Source of the DNA: Candidatus Hydrogenedentota bacterium
Lineage (GTDB): Bacteria; Hydrogenedentota; Hydrogenedentia; Hydrogenedentales; SLHB01
DNA length: 64,000 nucleotides
Assembly: GCA_045863295.1 (NCBI GenBank)
Contig: BTWA01000030.1
Location: 1 to 64,000, forward strand
Reading direction: 5' to 3'
Shown here: positions 9,319 through 20,166 of the stretch, piece by piece
Position numbering within the stretch: the stretch's first letter is position 1
Layout: each line of letters begins with the position of its first letter
The notes under the pieces: model-generated
What the model was told of the DNA's origin: nothing
Database searches by the model: none
The model's input: the letters and a program-made list of their open reading frames with translations, nothing else
Position numbers and translations under genes: made by a program

Positions 9319-11589
9319 CTACTGACCCCTTGGCGTGATGACTACTTTCAAGTCGCTGTCATCGGCATCCACCAGGACGCTGCCGCCTTTTTCGAGGTCG
9401 CCGAAGAGGAGGGCGTCGGCGAGTTTGTCTTTAATCTGTTGTTGGATGAGGCGGTGGATTGGGCGTGCGCCGTATTTTTCGTCGTAGCCTTGGGTGGCGA
9501 TCCAGGCGCGGGCGGCGTCGGTCAGCACGAGGTTGACTTTGCGCGGGGTGAGTCGGGCCTGGATTTCGCGGATGAATTTGTCGACGACCTGTTCGATGAT
9601 GGCCAGGGGCAGGCTCTTGAATTGAATGACCGCGTCGAGGCGGTTGCGAAACTCGGGGCTGAATGCCTTTTCGATCGCCTTCAAGCCTTTGCCGGAGGGG
9701 TCTCCTGTGGCGTGGCCGAAGCCGATGGTTTGCCGGGCCATGTCGCGCGCGCCGGCGTTGGAGGTCATGATCAAGATCGTGTTGCGGAAGTCCGCCTTTT
9801 TGCCGGTGTTGTCCGTGAGCGTGGCGTGGTCCATGACCTGCAACAAGATGTTGAAGATGTCTTCGTGGGCCTTTTCGATTTCGTCGAGCAGGAGCACGCC
9901 ATGCGGGTGGCGGCGGATCTCGTCGGTCAGCAGTCCGCCCTGATCAAAACCGACGTAGCCGGGAGGCGCGCCGATCAGGCGGGCGACGGCGTGTTTCTCC
10001 ATGTACTCGCTCATGTCGTAGCGGGCGAAATGTACGCCGAGCGTGTGGGCGAGTTGCCGCGCCACTTCCGTCTTGCCGACGCCGGTGGGCCCGGTAAACA
10101 GGAAAGATCCGATTGGTTTGTCCGGATGGCCCAGACCCGCGCGCGATCGTTTGATGGCGGTGGCGAGTTCGTGAATGGCGTCGTCCTGTCCGAACACGAC
10201 CGCTTTCAGATCCGTTTCGAGCGTTTCCAATTTGCCCTTATCGGACGACGACACACTGCGGGCGGGGATTTTCGCCATTTCGGCGACAATCAACTCGATG
10301 TCCTTTGGGCGGACGATCTTTTTTGCGCCGCCGAGCAGGCGCATGGCCGCGCCGGCTTCATCGATTACGTCGATGGCCTTGTCCGGCAGGAAGCGATCGT
10401 TGATGTGCTTTGCGGCCAGTTCGGCAGCGGCGCGCAGGGCGGTATCGGTATAGGTGATGCCGTGATGGGATTCGTAGCGGGCTTTGAGTCCGCGCAAGAT
10501 GAGCACGGTTTCTTCGATCGACGGCTCGGCAATTTCGATCTTCTGGAACCGGCGCGACAAAGCCTTGTCGCGTTCGAAATGGTTTTTGTATTCCTCGTAG
10601 GTCGATGAACCGATGCAACGTAGCTCGCCCGAGGCGAGAACCGGTTTCAGGATGTTGGATGCATCGAGCGAACTGTCGGCTGTTGAGCCTGCACCGACGA
10701 GGGTGTGAATTTCGTCGATAAACAGGATCACGTTCTCGCGTTTGAGCAGCGCCGCGACGACCGCCTTCAGCCGTTCCTCGAATTCGCCTCGGAATTTTGT
10801 ACCCGCGACGAGGCCCGCAAGGTCGAGTTGCCGGATCTCGACGCCTTTGAGTGCATCCGGCACGCGATCTTCGTGAATCCTGAGCGCGAGACCCTCGGCC
10901 ATGGCGGTCTTGCCGGTACCGGGTTCGCCCACGTAGATGGGGTTGTTCTTCCGGCGACGGCACAATACGCGCACGGTGCGGCGCATTTCCCACTCGCGGC
11001 CGATCAGGGGATCGATCTTGCCGTCGCGCGCGCGTTGCGACAGATCGACGGTGAACGCCTGCAACGGATCGCGCGCGGCACGGCGCCGCCCCCGGCCTTC
11101 CTGCTCTTCGTCGAGTTCCGCCTCCGGTTCCAATTCACCGGGCGTCTCCGGGTCTTCCATCTTGGAAATGCCGTGCGAAATAAAGCTGAGCACGTCGAGC
11201 CGTCCAATGCCCTGGGCCTGAAGAAAATACGCGGCGTGGGAATCGCGTTCCTCAAACATCGCCGCGAGAATGTCGCCAGCGTCCACTTCCTTCTTGCCGG
11301 AGTAATGCACGTGGGTGATGGCGCGCTGCATCAGCCGCTCGAAACCGGCGGTTTGCTGCGGTACATACTCCGCCGTGCCGGGAACGGCCTCTAGATTTTT
11401 CAGGAAGTACTCTTCCAGGGCGACGCGAAGTTCGTCGAGATCGCCGCCGCAGTGGTAGAGAATCTCGCGGCCGTATTCGTCCTGAAGCAGGGCGTAGAGC
11501 ACGTGCTCGACACAGAGATATTCGTGCCGGCGGCGTTTGGCTTCGGCCAAGGCCTCGCCGAGGGTTACTTCCAATGATCGGCTAAACAT
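9319..11589 (-). CDS. clpA: ATP-dependent Clp protease ATP-binding subunit ClpA
   Basis: Two AAA modules ([16 protein letters not shown]), no ClpB middle domain, downstream of clpS. Confidence 0.96.
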   Translation of the reverse strand: MFSRSLEVTLGEALAEAKRRRHEYLCVEHVLYALLQDEYGREILYHCGGDLDELRVALEEYFLKNLEAVPGTAEYVPQQTAGFERLMQRAITHVHYSGKKEVDAGDILAAMFEERDSHAAYFLQAQGIGRLDVLSFISHGISKMEDPETPGELEPEAELDEEQEGRGRRRAARDPLQAFTVDLSQRARDGKIDPLIGREWEMRRTVRVLCRRRKNNPIYVGEPGTGKTAMAEGLALRIHEDRVPDALKGVEIRQLDLAGLVAGTKFRGEFEERLKAVVAALLKRENVILFIDEIHTLVGAGSTADSSLDASNILKPVLASGELRCIGSSTYEEYKNHFERDKALSRRFQKIEIAEPSIEETVLILRGLKARYESHHGITYTDTALRAAAELAAKHINDRFLPDKAIDVIDEAGAAMRLLGGAKKIVRPKDIELIVAEMAKIPARSVSSSDKGKLETLETDLKAVVFGQDDAIHELATAIKRSRAGLGHPDKPIGSFLFTGPTGVGKTEVARQLAHTLGVHFARYDMSEYMEKHAVARLIGAPPGYVGFDQGGLLTDEIRRHPHGVLLLDEIEKAHEDIFNILLQVMDHATLTDNTGKKADFRNTILIMTSNAGARDMARQTIGFGHATGDPSGKGLKAIEKAFSPEFRNRLDAVIQFKSLPLAIIEQVVDKFIREIQARLTPRKVNLVLTDAARAWIATQGYDEKYGARPIHRLIQQQIKDKLADALLFGDLEKGGSVLVDADDSDLKVVITPRGQ

Positions 11590-11687
11590 CGCTTTCCTTA
11601 TTTCCCGTGGCCCGCCTTGGGGGGCGCGTATTCACTTTAACACATGACGATGCGCTGTGCCTTCCGGCCGGCCTGGCAGAAGTACTG

Positions 11688-11996
11688 CTATTCCGGTTCC
11701 ATGGAGCAGCGGAGGGGGAATCCCCGGTTCTGGGCCATGCTGTGGACCTGGTCGATTTTCGTTTCCGCCACTTGCGCCGGAAACACGCCGCACTCGCCCA
11801 TACCTGCATGGTGTATGGCCAGCATGATCTCGATGGCGACATCCACCGGCTTCCTGAACACGGTCATGAGGACTTCGACTACGAAGTCCATGGTGGTGTA
11901 ATCGTCGTTGTGCATCAGCACCCGGTACATGGGCGGCGGCTGAAGAATCTCCTGTACGTGCTGTTCTGTCGTGGTGCCTGTACCGCTGCCTGCCAT
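11688..11996 (-). CDS. clpS: Clp protease adaptor ClpS
   Basis: PPMYRVLMHNDDYTTMDFVVEVL...FPLRCSMEPE; probable start MAGSG at 11996. Confidence 0.95.
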   Translation of the reverse strand: MAGSGTGTTTEQHVQEILQPPPMYRVLMHNDDYTTMDFVVEVLMTVFRKPVDVAIEIMLAIHHAGMGECGVFPAQVAETKIDQVHSMAQNRGFPLRCSMEPE

Positions 11997-12092
11997 GTTT
12001 CTCTTCCGGGGTATAGAGTTGCGAGAAGGTAGTCTAGCAAATGATGGACGCGATGGACGAGCGTAGCCGCACGGATCAGGTATGATTGACGA

Positions 12093-12569
12093 ATGGGCAT
12101 CGAAATCGAACGGAAGTTCTTGGTGGTGGGCGACTCGTGGCTCGCGGAGGGTACAGGCATCCCCATCCGGCAGGGGTATCTCGCGTTCGGGCCGCCGGCC
12201 TCGGTGCGGGTCCGCATTCAGGGGGTTGAGGCTAATCTGAATATCAAGACCAACAAGGTATCCGCCCTCACGCGGGACGAGTTCGAGTACGCCATTCCGT
12301 TGTCCGACGCCGATTCGCTGATGGCAAAATCCGTGCAAGGGCACATCATCGAGAAAACCCGCTACCCGGTGGACTACCGTGGCCACACGTGGGAAGTGGA
12401 TGTCTTTCACGGGGCCAACCTAGGCCTCGTCGTCGCGGAGATAGAACTCACCTCCGAAGAGCAACCGTTCGCAAAGCCGCCATGGATCGGCGCGGAAGTG
12501 TCCCACGATCCGCGCTACCTGAACTCTCACCTTGCCCGTGAGCCGTATTCGGAGTGGCGCATTTTTTAG
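12093..12569 (+). CDS. CYTH domain protein
   Basis: EIERKFLV, IRQGYL, EFEY, WEVDVF, AEIEL motifs. Confidence 0.93.
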   Translation: MGIEIERKFLVVGDSWLAEGTGIPIRQGYLAFGPPASVRVRIQGVEANLNIKTNKVSALTRDEFEYAIPLSDADSLMAKSVQGHIIEKTRYPVDYRGHTWEVDVFHGANLGLVVAEIELTSEEQPFAKPPWIGAEVSHDPRYLNSHLAREPYSEWRIF

Positions 12570-12583
12570 TGCCGGGATGCCCC

Positions 12584-12632
12584 TTGACAATTTCTTACGT
12601 TTGTGAGATTCTTTTGTCTTACAGACGTAAGA
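12584..12632 (+). promoter_or_regulatory. Promoter (-35 TTGACA) overlapped by two BlaI/MecI/CopY-type operator palindromes
   Basis: TTGACA 12584-89; TCTTACGTTTGTGAGA 12593-12608; TCTTACAGACGTAAGA 12617-12632 (TACA-NN-TGTA-like cores). Confidence 0.75.
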
Positions 12633-12655
12633 TTATGGAAAGGGGAATTGGTGCC

Positions 12656-13048
12656 ATGGCGAAGAATCCCAGTATTTCCTCGGCGGAATGGGCGGTCATG
12701 CAGGTTTTGTGGCGCAGAGCGCCGCAGACGGCCATCGAAGTCTCCGAAGCATTGGCGGGTCAAGTTGACTGGCATCCAAAAACGGTCCGGACTCTCTTGG
12801 GCCGACTGCTTGCCAAAGGGGCCGTTCGCCGTAAAAAGGAATCCGGGGCCTTTCGGTTCTGGCCGGAAGTGACTGAGACCGATTGCCTGCGGGAAGAAAG
12901 CCAATCCTTTCTTGAGCGGTGCTTTGGGGGCAGTCCAGTACCCTTACTCGCACACTTCATCGAACGCGAAGACTTGAGCGACGACGACATTCAGGCCCTT
13001 CGAGCAATGCTTGATGCCCGGTCCGGTGGGGAGAAATCCCATGACTGA
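12656..13048 (+). CDS. BlaI/MecI/CopY family transcriptional repressor
   Basis: ISSAEWAVMQVLW, WHPKTVRTLLGRLLAKG, FLERCFGGS, LSDDDI. Confidence 0.93.
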   Translation: MAKNPSISSAEWAVMQVLWRRAPQTAIEVSEALAGQVDWHPKTVRTLLGRLLAKGAVRRKKESGAFRFWPEVTETDCLREESQSFLERCFGGSPVPLLAHFIEREDLSDDDIQALRAMLDARSGGEKSHD

Positions 13049-14993
13049 GATCTCCGCTCTTTTGTCTCCGGGCTTTGACGCGGTCCTACGGCTTTCCCTG
13101 CAAGCGGGCGCTCTAGTGCTCCTCATACTGCTTCTGCAGTGGGCTTTGAAAAAGCATTTAACCGCCCGCTGGCGGCATGCCCTCTGGGGCTTGCTTCTAC
13201 TCCGGCTCGCAATTCCTTACTCCATCCTCCTGCCTGTCTCCCTAACATCGGTAACGGGAACCGCCTTGGAGGAGATTCCTATCTTGAACCCGATTCCATC
13301 GCCCTTGTCCAGCCACAAAACCGATCCGATTCTCAATTCGCCGGGACCGGAAAATAGTCCGGTGTCCGAGGAGATTTCCTATGTGCAACTGATTCCCCTG
13401 CTTTGGCTATTCGGATGGGGCGTTGCAGGAGCAATCCTGCTCATTCGCTATTCGTTGTTCCGCAGAAATCTCTCGGGAATCGAAAGCATAACCGAGCCTG
13501 ATGTCCTACGAATATTTGAGGAGAGTCGATCGCGGCTGGGCGTACGCCGATCACTGTCTCTGGTCACGGGCCCACCGAGCATGGGACCGGCGTTGGCGGG
13601 CCTCTTGCATACTCGATTGATTGTGCCGCCGGATCTCTTACATCGTAGCAAACGCGATCACTTGAAGTATGTGTTGTTGCACGAACTAGCGCACGCAAAG
13701 CGTCACGACTTACTCGTGGGTTGGGCCTTCGATCTCCTCTCCGCCCTGCACTGGTTCAACCCGCTCCTTGCACTTGCGAAGAGGCGCATGGCATCAGACC
13801 GTGAGTTGGCCTGCGACGCGCACGTACTCTCCCATCTCCATCCGGAAGAACGCACAAAGTACGGCCATACCTTGCTCGACGAATACCAGCTGCGGCGGCC
13901 ACTGGTCCGCGCGCCGGGTCTCGCGGCGGTACTGGAAGGCAAAACCAACATTGAAAGGAGAATCGCCATGGTTTCGAACTATACCAAGCCCCGCCGGATT
14001 CAATCGTTCATCGCGTTTGCCGCGCTTGCGTCAATTTCAACGATTGGTTTTACGGGAATTACGGCCAGCGACAAAAGTGAAGCGACAGTCAGTGTTGTAG
14101 GTGCCGCAGATTCCGGTTCCAGCGTCCCGGATCTTGAAATCCTACCGGAGGATATTGCCGCCTTCACAACCCAAGGCGGTGATGGCCGGCTTCTCGCAAC
14201 CGTCCGGAATCACGGACCCTCCGACCAGCAAGTAAGCGTTGCATTTCATCGCATTGAGCAGGCTGATACCGCGGGATCGGACAACTCAGCCGGTGCTCAA
14301 CTGGTTGAACTGTCCAGGGAGACGATTCTGGTTCCCGCAAACGGCTCGGCATCGTCTTCCTTTCGTTGGCGACCCAAGGCGGGAATGCACTCCATTCGGG
14401 TGACTCTTGATCCTGACAACAACATTCACGAAAGTAACCGAGGCAACAACGAAGCTCTTTGCGCGATCGCCTGCTACAAAGACGATGGCAAGCTGCTCTT
14501 CGGATACGGCAAGAAGCCGGAGCAATTTGCAATCGTGCAAGCACCTAAAATTGTTGTCGTGGATACAAAGAAGCTGTCCGAGTCCTCGCCTTGGGCCGAA
14601 AAGACGAAGGCCCATGTTGAGCAACTTAGGAGTGTACTTCAGAGCGAGATTGACGAATTGGCTGACGAAATCAAGAGGTTAAAGGAAACACACCCCGAGC
14701 AAGTCGAAGAGAAACTAAATACGCTCAGGATTGAGGTGCGAAAAATGCAGGCGCACATCGACATTGAAACTTCCGCCTATGCCCGCGAACTGCAGTTGCG
14801 GTTTGCCAATGCTGCGAAAGCAATTGGCGAAAGGGAAGGCTACCTCGCGATTGTCGACTCCAACCGTGGAACTCTCGCAGGAGCGCTGTGGATCCAAGAG
14901 GGTGTGGCAATCCCCGAGAACAGTGTCATTACCGGTCCCGATATAACCCCAGAATTGACGAAAGTACTGCTGGAAACAGAATCCAATTCCTAG
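13041..14993 (+). CDS. BlaR1-like M56 metallopeptidase with CARDB-like and OmpH/Skp-like C-terminal domains
   Basis: LLHELAHAKRHD, LHWFNPL, ELACD; PDLEI...VTLDPDNNIHESNRGNN (CARDB-like); IVVVDTKKL...GYLAIVD...DITPEL (Skp-like). Confidence 0.85.
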   Translation: MTEISALLSPGFDAVLRLSLQAGALVLLILLLQWALKKHLTARWRHALWGLLLLRLAIPYSILLPVSLTSVTGTALEEIPILNPIPSPLSSHKTDPILNSPGPENSPVSEEISYVQLIPLLWLFGWGVAGAILLIRYSLFRRNLSGIESITEPDVLRIFEESRSRLGVRRSLSLVTGPPSMGPALAGLLHTRLIVPPDLLHRSKRDHLKYVLLHELAHAKRHDLLVGWAFDLLSALHWFNPLLALAKRRMASDRELACDAHVLSHLHPEERTKYGHTLLDEYQLRRPLVRAPGLAAVLEGKTNIERRIAMVSNYTKPRRIQSFIAFAALASISTIGFTGITASDKSEATVSVVGAADSGSSVPDLEILPEDIAAFTTQGGDGRLLATVRNHGPSDQQVSVAFHRIEQADTAGSDNSAGAQLVELSRETILVPANGSASSSFRWRPKAGMHSIRVTLDPDNNIHESNRGNNEALCAIACYKDDGKLLFGYGKKPEQFAIVQAPKIVVVDTKKLSESSPWAEKTKAHVEQLRSVLQSEIDELADEIKRLKETHPEQVEEKLNTLRIEVRKMQAHIDIETSAYARELQLRFANAAKAIGEREGYLAIVDSNRGTLAGALWIQEGVAIPENSVITGPDITPELTKVLLETESNS

Positions 14994-15547
14994 AAAGTTT
15001 CCAATATTTGAGGGTGTTTCAGCGTGAAACGTTTCGTACTGTTTCGCGATCTTGAAAATGCGGATCTAACCCATGGAAAATCGGCCGAAATGCGGGCGAT
15101 TGGCCTTTCGGCGGGGTGTTGTAGTGGCCCTTTTTCGGGGCCCATTTGTGTCGCATGAGGGGGATCGGCTCCATTCAAATTGGGCCGTCAATGCGATGAA
15201 TCGGGGCGGTCCGGCTCCGAAATCCACCCGCGCAACCACAAATGGGATTGCTGGCTGCATCCACCTTTGCATCGCAACCTCTAAACCTGCCCGGTAGCCC
15301 TTCACCGCGGGATAGGACAGACTCCGGAATCTGGTCCTTCGACGTCGATTCGAGGTGGGTGTGAAACGGCGACGAAACGACTCTACAGATAGATTTTGGA
15401 ATCGATCTACCTGCGTTCAGGATTGTATTCCGGCCCAAGAGGCGGCGGCTCGCCGCAGTCGAAACAGATGCCTTGTCGCCGCAAAGCGAGGGTTTCCTGG
15501 CTCCTGCAGTTGTAAGAAACGGGAGCCTTCCATTTGGCCGGTCACTG

Positions 15548-17428
15548 TTACGAGGCGGCCAGGGAGGATTGCCGCTTTTCCTCGCGCTTACGCATTTCGT
15601 GATCGAGTATGGCCTTGCGCATGCGGACATTTTTCGGTGTGACTTCGACGAGTTCGTCTTGGGCAATCCACTCCAGGGCCGTGTCGAGCGTGAGGAGTCG
15701 CGGCACGTCGAGGGTCGTGGTCATATCCTTGGTAGCCGACCGGTGGTTGGTCAGTTTTTTGGCCTTGGTGGGGTTGCAGGGGAAGTCGCCAGGGCGGCTG
15801 CTTTCGCCGATGATCATGCCGTTGTAAACGGGGGTCATGGGCTTGATGAATAGCGTGCCCCGTTCTTGCAGGTTCTCGAGCGAGTAGGCGGTGGCGTCAC
15901 CCTGGTCCATGGAGATCATCGAGCCTTTATTGCGTGAGGCGATTTCGCCGGCCCACGGATAGTATCCGATGAAGCGCGAGGTCATGATGCCCAGGCCGCG
16001 CGTATCCGTGAGGAATTCCGTGCGGTAGCCGAGCAAGCCGCGCGTAGGGATGTGGAATTCGAGGCGGATGGCGTTGTCACGTTCCATGAACAGGTTCTTC
16101 ATGTCGCCCTTGCGCCGCGCCAGTTTTTCCATAACAGATCCCTGGAAGTCCATGGGGATGTCGATGATGACTTCTTCATACGGCTCCAGAGTCTTGCCGT
16201 GAGAGTCTTTATGGGTGATGATTTCCGGGGCGGAGACGCAGAGTTCCATCCCTTCACGGCGCATTTCCTCGATAAGGATGGCGAGGTGCAATTCGCCGCG
16301 GCCGGAGACTTTGACGCCGTCCGCGCGGTTGATTTCCTCGACGCGCAGAGCGACGTTCGTGCGCAGTTCGCGGGCGAGGCGATCGCGCAATTCACGAATG
16401 GTCGCAGCGCGGCCGTCCTGTCCGGAAAACGGCCCGGAGTTCACCAGAAAGAGCATCGAGACTGTCGGTTCCTCGATTTCGAGGGGGGCCTGCGCGGCGT
16501 TCTGCAATTCCGGCGCGGCAAAGGTATCACCGATGTTTACTTCCTTAGGGCCGGCCACCCAGACGATGTCGCCGGCCGACGCTTCGTCGACTTCGATAAG
16601 GTCGAGCCCGCGGGTGGCCCAGATGTAGTTGGCGCGTTCCATGGTCGTTTCGACCACCTGAAACTCATCGCGGGCCAGTGTATCAATCCAGTCCGTCGTG
16701 ATTCGTTGAAACGCCGGGCCTTTTCTAAGCATCCCTTGTTGCACCCGGCCGCAGGCAATACGGCCGATATGGTCGCGCCAGCCGATGGACGACACCTGCA
16801 TAAGAAACGGAGCGTCAAGATCGGCTTTGGGCGACGGGACGTGCTCGATAATGGTTTCAAAGAGGTGATCCATACCCTCGTGCTTGTCCTTGGCAAGGTC
16901 GCGCACGAGCCAGCCGTTGAGGCCGGACCCGTAGAGTACGGGAAAGTCGATTTGATCGTCCGAGGCCCCCAGTTCGATGAATAGATCGAGGGTTTTGTCG
17001 AGGGCGCGGCTGGGTTCGGCATTGGGCCGGTCGACCTTGTTGATGATGACAATGGGGCGCATGCCAAGTTTCAGGGCGCGCATGGTCACGTAGCGCGTCT
17101 GGGGCATGGGCCCTTCGTTGGCATCGACCAGGAGCAACACAGAATCGACCATCGACAGGACCCGTTCGACTTCCCCGGAAAAGTCAGCATGGCCGGGCGT
17201 ATCGACGATATTGAAGTGGTAATCCTTCCAATTGACAGCGCAGTGCTTGGCACGGATGGTAATGCCGCGTTCCTTTTCCAACTCATTGGAGTCCATGACC
17301 CGTTCGGATATGCGGGCATTTTCGCGAAACGTGTGGGTAACGCGGAAAATGGAGTCGATGAGGGTGGTTTTACCATGGTCGATGTGCGCAATAATGGCGA
17401 TATTGCGGATCTTATCTGCGGTATGCAT
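15548..17428 (-). CDS. typA: Translational GTPase TypA/BipA
   Basis: [47 protein letters not shown]. Confidence 0.96.
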   Translation of the reverse strand: MHTADKIRNIAIIAHIDHGKTTLIDSIFRVTHTFRENARISERVMDSNELEKERGITIRAKHCAVNWKDYHFNIVDTPGHADFSGEVERVLSMVDSVLLLVDANEGPMPQTRYVTMRALKLGMRPIVIINKVDRPNAEPSRALDKTLDLFIELGASDDQIDFPVLYGSGLNGWLVRDLAKDKHEGMDHLFETIIEHVPSPKADLDAPFLMQVSSIGWRDHIGRIACGRVQQGMLRKGPAFQRITTDWIDTLARDEFQVVETTMERANYIWATRGLDLIEVDEASAGDIVWVAGPKEVNIGDTFAAPELQNAAQAPLEIEEPTVSMLFLVNSGPFSGQDGRAATIRELRDRLARELRTNVALRVEEINRADGVKVSGRGELHLAILIEEMRREGMELCVSAPEIITHKDSHGKTLEPYEEVIIDIPMDFQGSVMEKLARRKGDMKNLFMERDNAIRLEFHIPTRGLLGYRTEFLTDTRGLGIMTSRFIGYYPWAGEIASRNKGSMISMDQGDATAYSLENLQERGTLFIKPMTPVYNGMIIGESSRPGDFPCNPTKAKKLTNHRSATKDMTTTLDVPRLLTLDTALEWIAQDELVEVTPKNVRMRKAILDHEMRKREEKRQSSLAAS

Positions 17429-17635
17429 GGGAGAATTTGACCGATCTTCCAGGACTGCTGGATGCTGAATACGGGGCGACGATAGCCTATTTGGGTTAGA
17501 TTCCTGCAAGCCAAGCGACTGTATAGTGTACTTGAAAGCAGGGTTTGGGGTCAAATTGCCGTTGCCAAACGAAAGGTGGATAGCGGTGCGGAATGGCGGT
17601 CTGTGGGGATTTCGCACTTCCACAGAAGCCAGGAA

Positions 17636-18655
17636 ATGGGGTCGATTTTGGGGTCATCCAACTCGGGCAATCCAGGATTGTCACGACGCCTGCTGACAGG
17701 CCTGCGCGCAGGTCTGTTGATTGCCGTTACGGCGGGGGGCTTGACCCTGGTGTGCGGTGAAATGGCGTTGCGGATGTTGTTTCCACAAGCAGTGATGTTT
17801 CCGCGCTGGGAAGTTTCGCCGGACTACGGGGTGATCCTGCCGGCAGACGCTGTCATGGTCCATGCGAAACCTGGGGAATGGGAGTTCCGGTACACCATCA
17901 ACGCTGACCGGTGCCGCGGGCCGTTGCCGAACCTACGCGATGCCGCGAATAAGCAACGCATCGTGGTTCTTGGCGATTCTTATGCCATGGGCATGGGCGT
18001 GGACGACGGCGACGAGTTTCCGGCGGTGATGTCCCAAGAACTGGGCGCTGGCTATGAGGTCATAAATGCGGCCAATCCCGGCTGGGGTTTGCCGCAGCAA
18101 ATTCGGCGGTACTACGAGTACGGAAAAAGACATTCCCCGGGAGCAGTGGTGCTGCAGTTCTGCGCGAACGACCCTGCCGACGGCGCGGCGGACCCGGTCA
18201 CGGAGTTCAAGGACGGTGCTTTCCTTTTTCAGCCTTCCGTGCGTCGCCACAACCCGATCTTTCGTGCGCTGTCAGGGGTTGGCTTTGTGCAATCCAGCCA
18301 GATCTACGCATTACTTCGCACGTGGTATGAGACTCGACGCGACGCCGGTCCGAGTGATTCAGATCCCGCGACACCTCAGGTCGAAGCACAGTATTGCGCG
18401 CTTCTGGAACCGTTTGCCCGCGATCTGCATTCCGAAGGGATACGGCTGGTGTTGATTAGCGTCAACGGCCAATTGGACGAGTTTCCAGCCATCCGTTCCC
18501 TGGTAGGGCGGCTCGACGCTGCGTCCCATCTTCGCTATGTAGAAGTCGCTGAGTGGTTCGACGGCGGTACGGCCGTTCCTTCCCCTGAAGGGCATCAATG
18601 GGGCACCGAGGCCCACAAAGTAATCGGGACCCGGTTGGCGGATATACTGCGCTGA
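17636..18655 (+). CDS. Membrane-anchored SGNH/GDSL hydrolase family protein
   Basis: N-terminal TM, VLGDSYAMG, NAANPGWG, QFCAND, EGH. Confidence 0.8.
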   Translation: MGSILGSSNSGNPGLSRRLLTGLRAGLLIAVTAGGLTLVCGEMALRMLFPQAVMFPRWEVSPDYGVILPADAVMVHAKPGEWEFRYTINADRCRGPLPNLRDAANKQRIVVLGDSYAMGMGVDDGDEFPAVMSQELGAGYEVINAANPGWGLPQQIRRYYEYGKRHSPGAVVLQFCANDPADGAADPVTEFKDGAFLFQPSVRRHNPIFRALSGVGFVQSSQIYALLRTWYETRRDAGPSDSDPATPQVEAQYCALLEPFARDLHSEGIRLVLISVNGQLDEFPAIRSLVGRLDAASHLRYVEVAEWFDGGTAVPSPEGHQWGTEAHKVIGTRLADILR

Positions 18656-18666
18656 CAGTGGCCGTG

Positions 18667-19806
18667 TTACTGCGGTGTTTGTTGGGGAGCAGGCGCGGCC
18701 TCCTCACCGAACATGTGCTGCAACGCCTGCAACAATTTTGGATTGCCTGCCAACTGCTTTTCGATGTCGAGGTACACGGATAGAGCGCCGGAGTCGGCGG
18801 TGGCTCCGTTGCAGAATTCCCGGACGGCATTGGCACCCTTGTCCGCCATGAGACCTCGCCGGATGTCGTCCTTGGCTTCCTCCAAGGAAATCTCTTCTCC
18901 CGGAACCGAGTCAACGAGCTTAATGATGTGATACCCGTATTCGCTCGAGATTACGGCGCTGGTATCGCCGGGTTTCATTTTCATAGCCGCTTCCCGAATA
19001 AATACCGGTAACTTTGCGGCAGGTTGCATGCCCCAGTCGCCCCCCTGTTCCTTGTACGCACCTTCCGAGACATTCTTGGCAACACCTTCAAAACTTTGGC
19101 CCGCGAGAATGCGCTGCAACGCTTCGGTTGCTTTTCGTTCGGCTTCTTTCTTCTTGGAATCCGGCACGCCTTTGGCCGCGAAGTAGATTTGTTTCACGTG
19201 CAGCATGTCGGGCCGCCGGGCGCGGTCCTTAAATTTCTCATACCAAGCGGTGACTTCCTCGTCGGTGACCGTCACGCCACGTTCCTTGATGATTTCCGTG
19301 CGCGCGCGTTCAATCATTAAGGCCTCACGCAATTCTTCCCTGGCCGCTTCTTTGGTGCCGCCGGAAGCTTTAAGGACCTCGTCTTCCGTGGGCAAGTCGG
19401 TTTCCGATCGCCCCTGTTTACGCGCCATGGCTTTTCGAAGCGCGTCCATCTGCTTATTCCATGCGGCGTCCAGATCCGCTTCCGGAATAGTGAGTTTGCG
19501 GCGAACGGCCTCTTGCTTAAGGAGAGTCCGTTCAATCAGTTCCCTAAGTACGCCGAGCGCAATACCGATGCGAACTTCGTCGGATGTTTGTTGCGCGGGA
19601 TTCAAATCGGCCCATCGGGCAACTTCACCGAGATAGAGATCGCGGTATTCTTCGGCTGAGATGACTTCCTGGTTGACGATGGCGACCGGTCCGTTCGGGA
19701 TGGCCTTCATCACGATATCCATTTTTTCCAGATTCGGGGTCTGGGCTGACGCCACTACCGCAGCTCCGGTCAGGAGCAGGGCCAAGACCCGATTATGCAA
19801 AGACAT
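18667..19806 (-). CDS. SurA/PrsA-like parvulin peptidyl-prolyl isomerase
   Basis: Signal peptide, VAIVNQEVIS, HVKQI, GGDWG, SEYGYHIIK; TAATG coupling to the upstream gene. Confidence 0.88.
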   Translation of the reverse strand: MSLHNRVLALLLTGAAVVASAQTPNLEKMDIVMKAIPNGPVAIVNQEVISAEEYRDLYLGEVARWADLNPAQQTSDEVRIGIALGVLRELIERTLLKQEAVRRKLTIPEADLDAAWNKQMDALRKAMARKQGRSETDLPTEDEVLKASGGTKEAAREELREALMIERARTEIIKERGVTVTDEEVTAWYEKFKDRARRPDMLHVKQIYFAAKGVPDSKKKEAERKATEALQRILAGQSFEGVAKNVSEGAYKEQGGDWGMQPAAKLPVFIREAAMKMKPGDTSAVISSEYGYHIIKLVDSVPGEEISLEEAKDDIRRGLMADKGANAVREFCNGATADSGALSVYLDIEKQLAGNPKLLQALQHMFGEEAAPAPQQTPQ

Positions 19807-20111
19807 TACGATTCTCCTTCTGCTTCGGCGGCGGCCTTTTCCCGTTCGGCGGCCAACGCGGAAGCCAGCTGCTTTCTGTCGGTAATGTGGGTCTTGTGGA
19901 TAATTCTCACCACAACCCACGCAATGACATAGACGGCCAAGAACGTGGCGAGCACGCGGAAAGCCACGGTGAAGCCATCCATTTCCGCAAGAAAACACAG
20001 TGCCATGACAATAGTGGCACACAAGGCGGCGACCGTCAGTGCCACCTTATCGCCGTTCATGTCGAGTGCGGCGACCGTCTTTTTTTGTTTCGTTTTTGCG
20101 GACCGGCTCAC
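19806..20111 (-). CDS. Small two-TM hypothetical membrane protein
   Basis: Two hydrophobic helices; stop overlaps the PPIase start. Confidence 0.6.
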   Translation of the reverse strand: MSRSAKTKQKKTVAALDMNGDKVALTVAALCATIVMALCFLAEMDGFTVAFRVLATFLAVYVIAWVVVRIIHKTHITDRKQLASALAAEREKAAAEAEGES

Positions 20112-20166
20112 GCGCTAATGCTAACGCGGAGCTTGTGTGGGGGTCAACAAAATGGCAGAGCACGGG

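Noticed and set aside
9121..10608. Long antisense ORFs over clpA (similarly over groEL, gltBD, icd, asd)
   Set aside because: Shadow frames expected from high-GC codon bias; the opposite strand carries the recognisable gene.
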